Origin: the human T2T-CHM13v2.0 reference genome, Homo sapiens
Length of the DNA stretch: 64,000 nt
Reading direction: 5' to 3' (one strand)
Assembly (NCBI RefSeq): GCF_009914755.1
Contig: NC_060935.1
The position numbers and the translations under genes are program-made. The notes beneath the pieces were generated by a model. The model made no database searches. It was not told the origin of the DNA and saw nothing but the letters and a program-made list of their open reading frames with translations. Shown one piece after another: positions 46,284 through 59,689 of the stretch (its first letter is position 1; each line of letters begins with the position of its first letter).

Positions 46284-47399
46284 GTATCCAATAGTCTTTC
46301 ACAGAGTGGAGTTTTAGGTCATCCTTCGGTTCATAGTCAGTGTTTGGGTCACACTGGGCAGATTTCAAATCCTGGATATAGGGTCTTGTCAAGCCCCGTG
46401 CATTGCAAGGAATCCTACAATTGGACTGGGATTCCAGGAAAGACTCTTGTTACAGCAGAAAATGGGACTGCTGCTCAAAATCTAAGGTGGAAGACACAGC
46501 AATGGACTGGGCATATGGTCAGCACGAAGGGAGATCAACTCACCCTCACTCAGACTCATTCTAGACACCAGATGTTAAAGGAGGGCACAGATACGTGCTA
46601 CACTTTCTTCTCTGCTCACATGTTGTTGATGAGCCAGACAAAACTGAGCTTAAACAGAAAGGGCACTAGAGCCCAAAGCAGAGGGAAGAACAATGGCTTT
46701 TCATTATCTTCAGCTATGAAGTGCTTATTTCCACTAGATCTTACAGTTTTTAAAGGCAAACCTAACATCACTGCATATTAAAACTTTGGTTGTTTCATCA
46801 TTATAGTTGCGTGTTTGTTATCATTTTAAAAAATTTATATACAATTAGTAGAATTGAAAGTAATTGTTTAGTTATATATAGTGGACTAAATTCTCTAAAA
46901 TACTACTGAGATATTTATATAATCTCTTTTATAATTAATCTCTGGGCAATCCTATCAAATGATTGTCCTTTACTTGAGGTATGGGTTGTGATTCTCCATG
47001 TGTGGTTTTTATTTTTACTATCAGCATATTGATTGTTTAGCACTGATAAAATTTCCTGCAGCTTGAGAGATTTATTTTCCAAATTAGATATTGTTATTTC
47101 CATTTGAGTAGGTAGATACGTGAATTTACCCTAATTAGAATTGACTGTTCCAGGTTGACAAAGAGCCCTACAGGCTAAATCATTATATGCATAAGGAATA
47201 AACTTAGTTTTCTCAAGAGTCAATATTTTTCCATTTGGTTTATCACAATTCAGAATGTTCCATAAAATATTTTTCAGAAATAAAATTTTCAAAGTATAAA
47301 ACACAGACATAAAAAATATATTTACTACAGTATGAAAATTCACTTAAACCCATTCTAGTCAATATCTTTTCATGTAGGAGATTTAAACTCTCCAATTAT

Positions 47400-47950
47400 A
47401 TTCAATAAAGATAGTTTAGTACAAATGCATATCAGTCATACTGCACAGCCCTGGGGAATATCAGGATGAACAAAACATAGTCCTTGGCTTTGGGAAGCTC
47501 ACAGATGAGTAGCAGGGAGAGGCAGGCAAGTTTGATAACAATTATAACACAGTGTGAAGTCGGCTATGGGAGACAGGTATTCATGGGGTGCTACAGGAAC
47601 AAAGCAAAATAACATTTAACTCAACATAATTGGGGGGTAGCATAGAAGTTTTCTTAAAGACACAATACTTAAGTTGACTGTTGAAAGATATATGGAAACT
47701 ATCCAGGTGGGTGGGGAAAGACTGGAATATTGGTGAAGCACTGTAGGCAGAAGGAACAGCACATCAGTGTTCAAAATTCTGAAAAAAAAAACAACATGTA
47801 TTTTGGGGGAACTTCATGTAGAATGACGTTTTCTGAGAGTAGAGTACTAAAGATAATGGACTGAGAGGCCAGACCAGGAATGATCTTGTGTTATATTTTA
47901 GGGATTTGGAGGAAGAGACATAATATGCTTGTAAAAAGTGGAGTGTTGTG
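47400..47950 (-). mobile_element. L2 fragment
   Basis: GATGAACAAAACATAGTCCTTG...AAGCTCACAG...GGCAGAAGGAACAGCAC. Confidence 0.55.
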
Positions 47951-48907
47951 ATTATTTTCATGTCTTAGGAATTTCACTGATGAGTAATGATAGAATTCAC
48001 CTATCTTTTCTCATTTAATCCTCATCATAATCTGTGTCCAGCTGAATATTTGTAACATATTGGACTTTACTAAAAGGTTGGTCATTTTATGTTATTCCCT
48101 CCTTTATCCTTCCTCTTAAATTTATCTGTATTTAATTTTCAATTATTCATGGTAGCTAATGATGACAGGATGGATGTTACACATGTTAACTTGCATGAAT
48201 GTTCCTTCTCTTCATTTATTACCTGGGATTATATTGCTTAAACGGGACTATGGTCAAAAGAAATTATGTGGCTACTGAGAACTGAAATCAACAATATTCC
48301 TTGTCCCTTGCATAATACTGGGGATAGACTTTCTTCCTTGACTCTACACACTGTATATTTCACTTGTTTATTACATCTATTAGTTATTGAAACTCTATTA
48401 AATTCATATACATCTATATGAAACTGTAAACATAGGACCAGGTAAACATAATTTTGTTTCTTTCAAGAAAGGCCTTCTCAAGGAAGAAAAGACCAAGTCA
48501 ATGAAACAGTTTACTTATGAGGACTAAAAGTTTATTCATTTACCAAAATTTGCTTCAAGACCCCTGCCTCACTGTGCTTACCACTCCAAAGCTATTGAAA
48601 CAAAACAAAACAAAACAAAATACAAAACAAAATAACCTCTGCCCAATCTCAGCCAGTTTTCCAATTGCAAGATTCACCTGAAAAACACTCAACCAAGACC
48701 CTAAAACTCTGTAAATACCCTGCCCTAATTTTCTATTTTGAGACATTATTAAAGATCTCTCAAGGTGATGTTCTCCTTTACTGCAGTAAGTCTAACAAAT
48801 GTAGCTTGCCTTGGTCCTAGATTTTTCTAGTGTTTTTAATGAGGAGAACTGATAGTCAATGATCTTCTGCTGTAAACTAGGGTTGACTGTCTACTGTTCA
48901 GAATATA

Positions 48908-49271
48908 TAGTAGTCCCCTTTACGGCAGTTTCACTTTCTGAGATTTCAGTTACCCATGGTCAACTGAGGTCTGAAAATGGCTGAGTATATTATAGTAAGA
49001 CATTGAGAGAGAGAGGGGCTTAGGGTCAGGTTGAGAGAGAGAGCACATTTACATAACTTTTATAACAGTATATTTTTAAAATTGTTGTATTTTATTATTA
49101 GTTATTTTTGATAATCTCTTACTATGCCTAATTTATGAATTAAACACTATCATAGTATGCATGTATAGGACAAAAGTGTGTATATATATATAGGGTTTGG
49201 CACTATTTGTGGTTTCAGGCATCCACTGGGCATCTTGGAATATATCCTCCATGGGTAAGCAGGGACTGCTG
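48908..49271 (+). mobile_element. MER2 (TcMar-Tigger) non-autonomous DNA transposon
   Basis: Terminal inverted ends TAGTAGTCCCC / GGGACTGCTG flanked by TA on both sides, GGTTTCAGGCATCCACTGGG core. Strand nominal. Confidence 0.85.
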
Positions 49272-49559
49272 TAATTTTGTCTGTGGTATTCTGATGAAGT
49301 TACTGCAGCCACATTTCCCCTAAGACAGTATTTGGAGATTGATGAGAAATGCTGTATAGGTAAGAGCACAAATTAACTAAGTCATTTACTTTTCACAGAC
49401 AAAATTTTATCAAATAATTTGGGGTAAGAGCTGTTGGCAGAATCAAAATTTTGAGTGATGGGGGAGGTGTTATCCATCTGTTTAGGTGGAGACTTCATCC
49501 CATGAACTGTGCTAAGTGCTACTATATTTCTGGACAAAAGCAGAATAAATTTTTTGCTT

Positions 49560-50098
49560 AAGGTTGGTCAATACTTCTTTATGGTTCCTCATTGCTCTCA
49601 TTATAAATTCCAATTTATATCTTCCAATGTCCTTTATATAATCTTACCTCTGCTTACGACTACATTTATTTTATGCATTCTCCTCCTCACACTCTTCTAT
49701 ACACACACAGATTCATTTTGCAAACACACTAAGTACTTGATTGTCTCTGTGCTTTGCACATGGTTTTCCCTCTGCTTGGATCAAGTTCTACACATTTAAT
49801 AAGTTAAGCCCTACATTTCTTTCCTTTCTCAGTCCAGTTACTACTGCTGGGGATTGTTTTGTGAACCCATAAAATTATACTAAGTTCCCCTCTTGCTTAA
49901 TCTCATAGCGTTCTGTGATTTTGTTACATTCTATTATAATTAGAGTTTATCTGTGTATTTCTTGCCCAGGCTCCCCACTCCAGATGGTAAGCTTCTTAAT
50001 GGAGATACTATGTGTTATTTTTTTCTACATGTTCCCCACCCAGCATACTGCCTGCATAGTAGATGTTTCATAAATATTTATTGAGTAAATAAATAAAT
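49560..50098 (+). mobile_element. L2 3' fragment
   Basis: GCTTTGCACATGG...GCATAGTAGATG...ATAAATATTTATTGAGTAAATAAATAAAT. Confidence 0.6.
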
Positions 50099-50218
50099 AC
50101 TTGACCTGCTGCTTTCAATGACCTTCTTTCATTCTCTAGTAACTCTGTTGCACTGGTCTCAGGACCTTCTCCTGTTGTACACTATACCTGACATGAAACA
50201 TGAAAATTGATTGCACAC

Positions 50219-50596
50219 TCTATTAGTCTGTTCTCTTGCTACTAATAAAGGCATACCAGAGACTGAGTAATTTATAAAGGAAAGAGATTTAAGTGGCTCA
50301 CAGTTCAGTTTGTCTGGGGATGCCTCACAATCATGGTGGAAGGCAAATGAGGAGCAAAGTTGTATCTTACATGGCAGCAGGCAGAAGAGAGCTTATGTAG
50401 GAGAACTCCCCTTTTTTAAAACCATAAGATTTCATGAGACTTATTCACTATTATGGGAACAGCATGGAAAAGACTCACCCCCATGATTTAATTACCTCCC
50501 ACCAGGTCCCTGGCACATGGGAATTATGACACATGGGAATTATGGGAGCTACAATTCGAGATGAGATTTGGGTGGTGACACTGCCAAACCATATCA
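50219..50596 (-). mobile_element. THE1 (THE1C-like) solo LTR
   Basis: TATTAGTCTGTTCTC...AAACCATATCA, TSD CACAC/CACAT. Confidence 0.87.
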
Positions 50597-50724
50597 CACA
50601 TGTTGATTTTGCTATAGTGAAGCACAATTTTTCTAAAAAATTGGTATTGTGTACTAGAGGGATACTTGCATTCTGGCTGGTCACAGGATTTGAACTAGGA
50701 GCTAAATAGCAAATTAAAACAAAA

Positions 50725-51168
50725 TTCAACTTTTATGTTAGATTCAAGAGGTACATGTGAAGGTTTTTTACATGGATATATTGTGTGATGCTGAGGTTTA
50801 GCATATGATTAATCTCATCACCCAGGTAGTGAGCATGGGAATTAATAGTTTTTCAACCCTTGCCTCCCTGCCTCCCCTTGTCATAGTCCCCAGTGTTTAT
50901 TGTTCCCATCATTATGTCCACATGTACTCCACTGGAGACAGTGGAGGGAATTGCTACTTATAAGTGAGAACATGTGGTATTTGGTTTTCTGTTCCTGCAT
51001 GTATTCTCTTAGGGTATTGGCTCAGCTGCTTCTGTGTTGCTGCAAAGGACATGATTTTGTTCTTTTTTATGGCTTCATAGTATTCCATGATGTATATGTA
51101 CCACATTTTCTTTATCCAATCCACCCTTGATAGACACCTAGGTTGATTCCACGTCTTTGTAAATAGCA
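50725..51168 (-). mobile_element. L1PA16/L1PB-type 3' fragment
   Basis: Antisense L1 3'UTR and ORF2 C-terminus (KTWNQPRC...WIKKMWYIYIMEYY). Confidence 0.8.
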
Positions 51169-51870
51169 AATTTTAAAGCTTCAAGCATTGCCACATATTT
51201 AATGTGCCCTTCCTCATTTAATTCTTGTACTCTTGTTGTATACATTTCACTTTTACACATTGAAATCTCTTCCTCTTAAATATGCAAGCTTCTATTTTCT
51301 TTTCACACATGAAAATAATCTTTAAGGTACAACTTGTTCCAGCAGCTTTGCATCTGTACGCAAGTTCCCTTGGTCTCGTGCCCTCTGCCCACTGCCTCAT
51401 TGCCCTTCCCCTCTCCACTCAAAGGTTTACTTTCCATTATAATTATTGTGGTTGCCTGAATTTCTCCAAGCCATCAGTGCCATTGAGACATGTCCCTCTG
51501 TGCTTCTAGAGCATTAAAAAATTTATATTAGAACCTAACCCAAAAGTGTGAGGGAAGCAGAACAGACTGGGCTATATGGGCCAGGATCAATACCTAAGCT
51601 GCAAATTATTTCAGGATGACTGGATATATCAGTACTATGATGATGATGAAGAACTGCAAATAGTGAGGTTGGAGGAATATCAAGAAGTCTACCACCTCAA
51701 TATCTTGTCCACTTGCTGTCAACTGTTTCTAGTGATCACCATTCAAAGACCATTCTGTACTTTAAAATGTCTTCCAAAACATATAAATAGCATGGAAATA
51801 AACACACTTTCTCATTTATGGTGCCCCGTATCACTCTGCTAGAATTAACTTTATAAAGGTGAAAGTCAGT

Positions 51871-54106
51871 TGATATAGTTTGGGTATTTGTCCCCATCCA
51901 AATCTCATATGGAAATGTAATTCCCAGTGTTGGAGGTAGGGCCTGGTGGGAGGTATTTGGGTCCTGGAGGTGGATTCCTCATGGCTTGGTGTTATCCTCA
52001 TGATAGTGAGTGAGTTCTCATGAGATCTGGTTGTTATAAAGTGTGGCAGATCTTCCACCCTACTCTCTTTCTTGCTTCTGCTTCCGCCATGTAAGATGCC
52101 TGCTCCCTCTTCACCTTATAAGCCAAAAACAAAATTCTAAGCCCCCTCAATCAACTGAATAGACCCTTCCTCTGAGCCAAGAGCATTCCAAAGTTAACCT
52201 GAAACATGAGTTCAGGCCAAGATGGGAATAGGTGGCTGGACATGCCTCATTATGGCCTCCTTCCTTTGGAATTCAGGCACAACTGACTGGCATTAACATT
52301 AAAACAGAGACCTTAAGACAATCTGTATTCTCTGAAGCCTGCTACCTGGTGGATTCATCTGCATAATAAAAACCCTGGTCTCTGCAACCCCTTATCTTAA
52401 CCCAGACACTCCCTTCTATTGATTCTAGGTCTTTAGGTATATTCTTTCAACCAACTGCCAATTAGAAAATCTTCAAATCCACCTGTGACCTAGAAGTCCC
52501 CCAGTTTGAGTTTTCCTGCCTTTCTAGACCAAAGCAATGCATATCTTACATGTATTGAATGATGACTTATGTCTCCCTAAAGTATATAAAACCAAGCTGT
52601 AACCCAACCACCTTGGGCACATATTCTCAAGGGCCTCCTGAGGCTATGTCATAGGCATGTTCTTAACCTTGCAAAATAAACTTCTAAATTGGTTGAGACC
52701 TGTCTCAGATACTTTTGGTTTACAGCCTTCTGCCATGATTGTGGGCTTCCTGAGGCCTCCCCAGAAGCAGATGCTGGAGCTGTGCTTCCTGTACAGCCTG
52801 CAGAACCATGAGCCATTTAAACTGCTTTTCTTATAAATTACCCAGTCTCTGGTATTTCTGTATAGCAATGCAAGAATTGCCCAATACAGAAAATTGGTAC
52901 CAAGAAGTGGGCATTGCTATAAAGATACCTGAAAATGTTAAAGCAACTTTGGAACTGGGTAATAGGAAGAGATGTGAAGTGTTTAGAGGACTCAGAAAAG
53001 GACAGGAATACGAGGCAAAGTTTGGAATTTCCTGGTTAAATGGTTGTGACCAAAATGCTGATATGGACAGCAAAAGCCAAGCTGGGGTTTCAGATGGAAA
53101 TGAGGAGCTTACTGGGAGCTAGTGCAAAGGTCAATGATGTTTTTATGCCTTAGCGAAGAACTTGGCTGCATTGTGTCCATGCCCTAGGGATCTGTGGAAG
53201 TTTGAACTAAAGAGCAATGATTTAGGGTAGCTGGTGATAGAAATTTCTAAGAAGCAAAGCATTCAAGAGGTGCTTCTAACAACCTGCGGCTGCTTCTAAC
53301 AACTTATGCTTAGATGTGGCAAAAATGACTTAAAGTTGGAATTTACATTTAAAGGTGAAGCAGAGTGTAAAAGTTTTAAAAAATTGTAGCCTGGCCATGT
53401 GGTATAAAAGCAAAGCTCATTTTCAGATGAAGAATCCAAATGGGTTGTGGATTTCTCCCTTTTAGAATGGGGATGTTTACCCAATGCCTATACCCCTCAT
53501 TGCCTCTTGGAAGTAAATCACTTGATTTGATTTTACAGGTTCATAGGTGGAAGGAACTCATTTTCAGATGAGACTTTGGACTTGGGACTTTTGGGTGATG
53601 CTGAAAAAAGTTGAGACATTTGAGGGGCTATAGGGAAGGCATAATTGTATTTTGCAACCTAAGAAGAATGTGAGATTTGTGGAGGCCCAGGGCAGAATGA
53701 CATAGTTTGGATATTTGTCCCCACCCAAACCTCATGTTGAAATGTAATCCCAAATGTTGGAGGTGGGGCCTGGTGGGAGATGTTTGGGTCATGGGAACCG
53801 ATCCCTCATGGCTTGGTGCTGTCCTCGTGATAGTGAATTCGTTCTCATGATATTTGGTTGTTGTAAAGTGTGGCATCTCCCCAACCCCACCCCACTCTCT
53901 CTCTTGCCCCTGCTTTCGCCATGTGAGGGCCTGCTCTCTCTTCGTCTTCCACCATGATCGTAAGCCTAATTAGGCCTCCACAGAAGCAGATGCTGCATTA
54001 TGCTGCCTGTACAGCCTGCAGAGCCATGAGCCAATTAAACCTCTTCTCTTACAAATTACCCAGTCTCAGGTATTTCTTCATAGCAACGCAAGAATGACCT
54101 TATACA
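51871..54106 (+). mobile_element. MST (MSTB-like) provirus: 5'LTR 51871-52888, shortened internal 52889-53697, 3'LTR 53698-54106
   Basis: Two similar LTRs TGATATAGTTTGG...ATACA, internal part begins GAAAATTGGTACC. Confidence 0.87.
52117..52724 (+). mobile_element. MER4-family (ERV1) solo LTR nested in the MST 5' LTR
   Basis: TATAAGCCAAAAACAAAATTCTAAGCCCC...CAGATACTTTTGGTTTACA, 4-bp TSD ACCT/GCCT, host LTR resumes in register. Confidence 0.85.
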
Positions 54107-54692
54107 GGAGTCTAACTGTCACATCCAGCTTTGAGGAACTAAGCCACGAGTAGGCTTCTGGAGAGGAGACAGGCATTCAAAAACAAATTTCAGATACTTT
54201 GTTGCAAGTGTACCCCAATTTATAATTGCTTCTGGTCCTACTCCTCAGATTATCAGGACCTCAGAGCTCTCTTAGAGGTTCTTTTCTCTCTTCTAGTGTT
54301 TGTAGGAAATTCTTCAGAAGTTTCTCTATCAGTTCTATCATTCCTTTGTCTCCTAGGTTGCCTGGCTTTGAAAGCCTGATCTCTAGGCTGTCTAAGGCTA
54401 TAGCTCATGTTTCTGCTAATTGCTTCCTGCAGTCTTGGGGTCTCTCCCTTATGCCGTATTTATGCTCTTATCACTATGATAGACTGTGGTATGGGGGAGG
54501 TGAAGGATGAGAGAGAGAGAGAGATAAATCCTTAGTTCTTTATAGCAAAACTAAGGCAAGGATTTAAAGCCATTTCACAAGGCTTTGGAGATAGTTGTGG
54601 GATAAGTGGAGGGAATTGCAACCCAGAGAGAGAGCAACTTATAGTTGCTAAAATGTGGCTACTGTCAGAAGCCACAGACCCAGTTCCATCCT

Positions 54693-56719
54693 TGTGGTTG
54701 GCAAACATTAGCAAACATTACAAATGACCACCAATATCTGGTTCTCTTCTCCTTTTGAGCACTCAGAAGAATAGACTTATTAGCCACCTTGAAACTGGGT
54801 AGTGCCATGAGATTAGTTCTGGCCAATGTGAAAGGAAGCAGAGCCATCCCAAAGCGTGAGGTGCCCTGGACCTATTTTGCTCTATATAAACAATTTGATC
54901 TAAAAATGTATATATAATTCATGGGCTCATGTAAGTTATAGTTATTTATCAGCGAAGATTTAGAATAGCAATTAGAGAAGAGGTACTTAGGTACCTGATT
55001 GCTGGTCAAGTCAGAGCAAGTGAAGATTTTTTTGTAGTGTTCAGGCACCATCTCTTTGGATTCAAGTTGGGGAACTATCTTTTGCCTTCTTTATTAGCAA
55101 ATGCACCACTTTTGGCTAATTTTATATTTCCTACTGGGGAGAAAAAGGTAATAATATTATTACTTACAATGCCATGGTCCATTGGAAGCTGTTTGTATTG
55201 AAACAATGTAGATCTTCATGCCTCTTCAGTTTTCTAATTCCATGGGTTCAATGCTGGTTACAGCATCACTCCTGATGCTGCATTATCCATCCCACCAACC
55301 CTGAATAATGGCTTTGAATGATTCTCTCAAAAGTTGTTACTGTGCTTCTTTGATGATAACCACACATGCAAGTCTAACCCAGTGTATGAAGGAAAGAGTG
55401 AATGATAATTCAATTTTGGTTATGTTAAATGTACTGTTCTGATTTTTGTAGTCTAAATGAATTATAGCACATCTTCCAACCACGTTTCTCTTAAACTCCT
55501 TAGGCTATAATCACTTCATTCTTAGAATACTATTGCTTTCATTGTTGACTATATCCCTGAATTCCACACACCGACACTGGCAGGAAAGGTAGAGTGAGAA
55601 GTGCAGTACCATTCACATAAGGGGTGTTTAGTCCCTAATGTGACATGGCTTAAGACAGACCTGGTAGAATATGATATCAGCACAATTGGAAGCAAGAAAA
55701 GACATCAACTGGGAGACCCTATTGACTTTGAGCAGCAATGATCTAAAAATCCATTGAAGGAGAATGGCAATCTCCACCTTTCTTCAAGACTTTCTCTCTC
55801 ATGTGATGCAGAGCCTTCAAAAAGGGTGACATGATTGCACTGCATGACAGCAGTGGGAGGTACACAGAATAAAAAATGCCTTCTGTCACCCTTGGATGCT
55901 GTAGACCGGAGATGTTGTGAATTGAACACAGATGGGTAAGAGCTGACACAGGGGTAGACACAGGGCTTAAACCCAAGAGATGGTGGGGGACAGATGGTAG
56001 CTCAGAACACAGAGCTTGTCTTGTGTCCAATGTGAGTGAGAATCACCCAAAATAGCATGTTGTTACCATTCTGGCAGTCAGTCTTGTATAATTCCATAAA
56101 CGAAATATCACACTGCTTGTTGGGAGTAATCTCCTTTAGGCTATCCCCCCGAGCCCCAGAACCAGAGTCAGACATGTGGTGCCAGGATGACCCTCTAGGT
56201 GCAAGTCCCAGAGCTTCCTAGAGCTCTGGGACTCTGGTTAACTCTATGTATGGGATAGAGGGTCAGAGTGCATATTAAAGGGTAAAAATGGGGGTGAGAG
56301 CTCATGTAGGTCCTGGTCTTGGCTTGGGGTGCTCTTCCTGTGTTACACTGCCAGGCCTAGCTAAGTCCCAGGCACTGGTACGGCCCTCTAAATTCCAGAT
56401 CCCCCTGAGGTGTGGGGCCCAGGTTAAAGAGCAGTACTTTCTGGAAGTGACATGTGTCACTTCCAGCCTGAAGTATAGAAAAGCCCATGTGGTTTTCCGT
56501 TTTCTGGCTGCAGCCATAAGAGTGCTGCCTATTCCAGATGGTAAGGCTGCTAACTGTGGAGTCTCAGTCAGCCTGAGATCCTGAGTGACTGTGTGGAGCA
56601 GAGCCTCTTGCTCACCCACAAGGGACATGTAACCTGAGCCAGAAATAAACTACTTTTTGTGTTTAGCCTACCAGGTTTATTGTTACAATAAAAAGACCTA
56701 GCCTATCCCGATTAACACA
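54693..56719 (+). mobile_element. MLT1J-like LTR split by an insertion (parts 54693-54838 and 56440-56719)
   Basis: TAGTTCTGGCCAATG...GGAAG | GGAAGTGACATGTGTCACTTCC...AGAAATAAAC...ATTAACACA, with ATCCT near both outer ends. Confidence 0.65.
54839..56439. mobile_element. Probable hAT-Tip100 (Zaphod/MER115-like) DNA transposon remnant
   Basis: Interrupts the MLT1J, partial 8-bp TSD AAAGGAAG/TCTGGAAG, ends CAGAGCCATCCC and GGGGCCCAGG...GAGCAGTACTT, decayed transposase-like IVD motif near 55540. Confidence 0.45.
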
Positions 56720-57639
56720 GATCCTCTGTATGATGGTTACTCTGCAGCCACAGGCCAGCCACATTTAACAAGAAATACAATGTAGCCACTGTCCTCATGG
56801 ACCACTTAATCTAATGGGGGTTACACTTACATAAATGATCTTAGAGGAAGGGCACCTCTGCTTGAGGGGGTAATTGGGGTACAGATGGACTCCTTCAAAC
56901 CTTCAGATGAGGCTAAATTATATTTTAACATCATTTTAGTTCCAAATTGTATCTCCTAGCTGATGTGGCCTTGAGTAAAGCACCCATCAAATAAGATTGT
57001 GTATCCTCTTGATTTGTCATCTCTAAAGAGACAGGGTCCATATCTTCCAACATGCTTTGTAAGTGCACTCAGCTCCATGCTCTACTTGGTGCTGATGATG
57101 CCAGCTAGCTTCTGATTTCAGCAGAGAGATACTATTGAATTCATCTGACCTCTGCACTGAAAATAGATCTTTGCTGAAAAGAAGGCAATGTAAAATGGGA
57201 CCCTCATTTTTATCCTTATCTATTGGCATAATTGCTGTCTATTTATTTTCAATTGTTTTGCATGCCAGTGTTTTTCAAGGACTGACTTCTAAATATGCTT
57301 CAAAGAGAGTAAAACTGCATAATAAAAAAGTCAGAGAAATTTTAAAAAGATGGGTTAGCTTGTAAAGGGGCAGGGGTTTGAGTGACTATGTAGAATTCAA
57401 ATGCTTCTCATTACTAGGATAAGCGGAAATCTTTCTTTCCTAAAATTAGAGTGGTTGGGGAAGAAGGGAGCATTTATTTGTTAAAAATTAACCTTTCATG
57501 ATTGAAGAATTGATAATAGGCATAGTCCGAGTAAGTGGGAATTGGTTGACTGGGTAGAAGTGATTGCAGGGGAAGTTCTTGAAATGGAGACAAAGAGCTA
57601 GAAGCTTCATCCTTTCTGAAAAACAATATGGAATCAAGT

Positions 57640-57900
57640 GGATTCAGATCGTGGTTAAGAGTTTGAAGATTTTAGACACTGACAAAAGTATATTTAATTC
57701 CTGGCTCTATTTTCTATCTTAGTGATATGTGGCAAATTATTTGACCTATTCATGACTAGTTACTTCTTAAAAAGTTTTAAAAAATATTCAGTAATATTTT
57801 GGAAGTGGGGTAATTGTTCTTGTTACATTAGATAGTGTGATGATTCAAGGAGATACTGAACCATGCTTGGAATAAAGTGCTTAATAAAGAGTAGCCCTTT
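57640..57900 (+). mobile_element. MIR
   Basis: GTGGTTAAGAG...TCCTGGCTCT...GGCAAATTATTTGACCT...GTGCTTAATAAA. Confidence 0.55.
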
Positions 57901-58049
57901 ACTCTTTACAATGTTGATAATTATCAACATTATTACGTAAATACAGACTTCCTAGTGCTTAGGCTAAGATAAAAGAGTATGAAGAGGCATTTTACATAAT
58001 TACACCATGAGGGTGTGCCCAAGAAAGAAGCATCATATGTGTGTTTGTA

Positions 58050-58372
58050 CGTAGGGATTCTGGGAGACAGGAACTCATTTTTGCTAGACTGGATCTTGAA
58101 AGACTGTGTTGCTAAAGCTATAGCAGCCAGAATCTTGTTGCCATGAGGAAAAAGCCTGGAATTTCTAGTGATAAGCATGAGCAGAAAAGTAAAGCAGTAC
58201 AAAGACAGAAAAATAAAAAGATATGGAGAATCTCAATCCAGATAATGTATGTGATCTCTGAGTCTAGCCATGCCTAATGTTGGTGCAACCCCGGATTTTC
58301 TAATTCTTGAGCTAATAAATTCTGAGTTTGAGTCTTGAGTTTTCAGGTACTTGCAACAGAAAGGATCCTTTA
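58050..58372 (+). mobile_element. Old ERVL LTR (LTR33/LTR16-like) fragment
   Basis: GCCATGAGG...AGCCATGCCT...GAGCTAATAAATTC...ACTTGCAACAGAAAG. Confidence 0.45.
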
Positions 58373-58565
58373 AAAATAATTAGTTTTTGATAAAAAGAAG
58401 GGTATTTTCTCCCCTCTTTCTTTCTTGAGTTTAGACATGATGCCTGGAGCTATATTAGTTGGATATCCACCTGGAGGCAAAAATCTTGAGGCAAAGGCTA
58501 ACAGAAATGCTGACATATTTATCCTGACAGTTTAGAGCCATGGAAGTAATGCCAACCTCACTTTT

Positions 58566-58938
58566 TGTATTAGTTTACTGGAGATGTCATATAAAGTACT
58601 ACAGATTAGGTGGTTTAAATGACAGAAATGTATTTTCTCGCAATGCTGGAAGCTAGAAGTCTGAGATCAAGTAATCAGCTCGGTCAGTTTCTTCTGACAC
58701 CTCTTTTCTTGGCATGCAGGTGGCTGTCTTCGTGTGTTTTCCCATGCTCCTCCCTCTGAGTGTGTGTGTATCCAAATCTTCTTTTCTTTTAAGGATACCT
58801 GTCATATGGGATAAAGTCCCACCCTAATTACCTTATTTCAACTTTATGACCTTTATAAAGATAGGATTACCTTCTGAGGTACTGAGGATTAGGACTTCAA
58901 CATATGAATTTTGAGGGAACATGATTCAGCCCATAACA
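58566..58938 (-). mobile_element. MLT1A/B-type LTR
   Basis: TGTATTAGTTT...ATTCAGCCCATAACA, perfect TSD CTTTT at 58561-58565 and 58939-58943. Confidence 0.85.
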
Positions 58939-59629
58939 CTTTTATTACAGAAAGGCAACACGTACAGAAGTCATCATATTTCAGATTATTTTGTTAATAT
59001 TTTAGAAGCTAAACAAATAGTTTAAACCCTGTTGGAAGTAGTTTATTTGAATTTCTATTTATGCAGATATATTTCTTTTGACTTACTAGGAGCTGGGCTA
59101 TGATCTCATGCTTTGGTAATACATACAATTCTCGGAAGAAAAGGGTTTGTAGACAAAAGATGCTTTGCTCTTGAATTCAGGGACTATAGATTGTCTTTCT
59201 CCTTCATTTTACAAAAAAGGACCGTTTTTCCCCCCAGAACTCCAACGAATGAATTTAGGGCTTTAATAGCTTAGAGAGATCATGGGAGGAGGGAAAAAAA
59301 ACCCAACAAAGTGGACTGGGGTTCATAAGGGCGTGATCCCAGGCATACAGAAGGAAGTTTGACCAAGAGGATTAATAATAGCTCCTGCCATTACCAGAGT
59401 ACTGTCTAACTCCTGGAAGCCAAAAAGTAGCCCTCTTACCCTTTCTCTCCAAGACTAGATCACTTTACTCTATCCTAAAACTTGAGCTGATAATTGCAAA
59501 TGTTAACGTTTTCAACTACACAGGGGAGGCATTGCCTTTTTGGGAGCTTAGCGAGAACTTCAGCAGACTTTCTATATCTCCCCAGGGGGTGGAAAACCTG
59601 CACAAGTTGGATTCCAGGCCTGTTAAGTT

Positions 59630-59689
59630 AAAAAAAAAAAAAAAAAAGAAAGAAAGAAAAAAGAAAAAAAAAAGAAAAAGAAAAAGAAA
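59630..59689. repeat. A-rich (A/AAAG) low-complexity tract
   Basis: 60 bp containing only A and G. Confidence 0.9.

Noticed and set aside
46254-46781. 175-aa plus-strand ORF, the longest non-L1 ORF
   Set aside because: Starts at TTG inside an MLT1A LTR end and shows no recognisable protein features
59575-59595. Weaker CTCF-like strings CCCCAGGGGGTGG and AAACTAGAGGGAC (~61128-61140)
   Set aside because: Several mismatches at high-information positions, so not supportable without ChIP data
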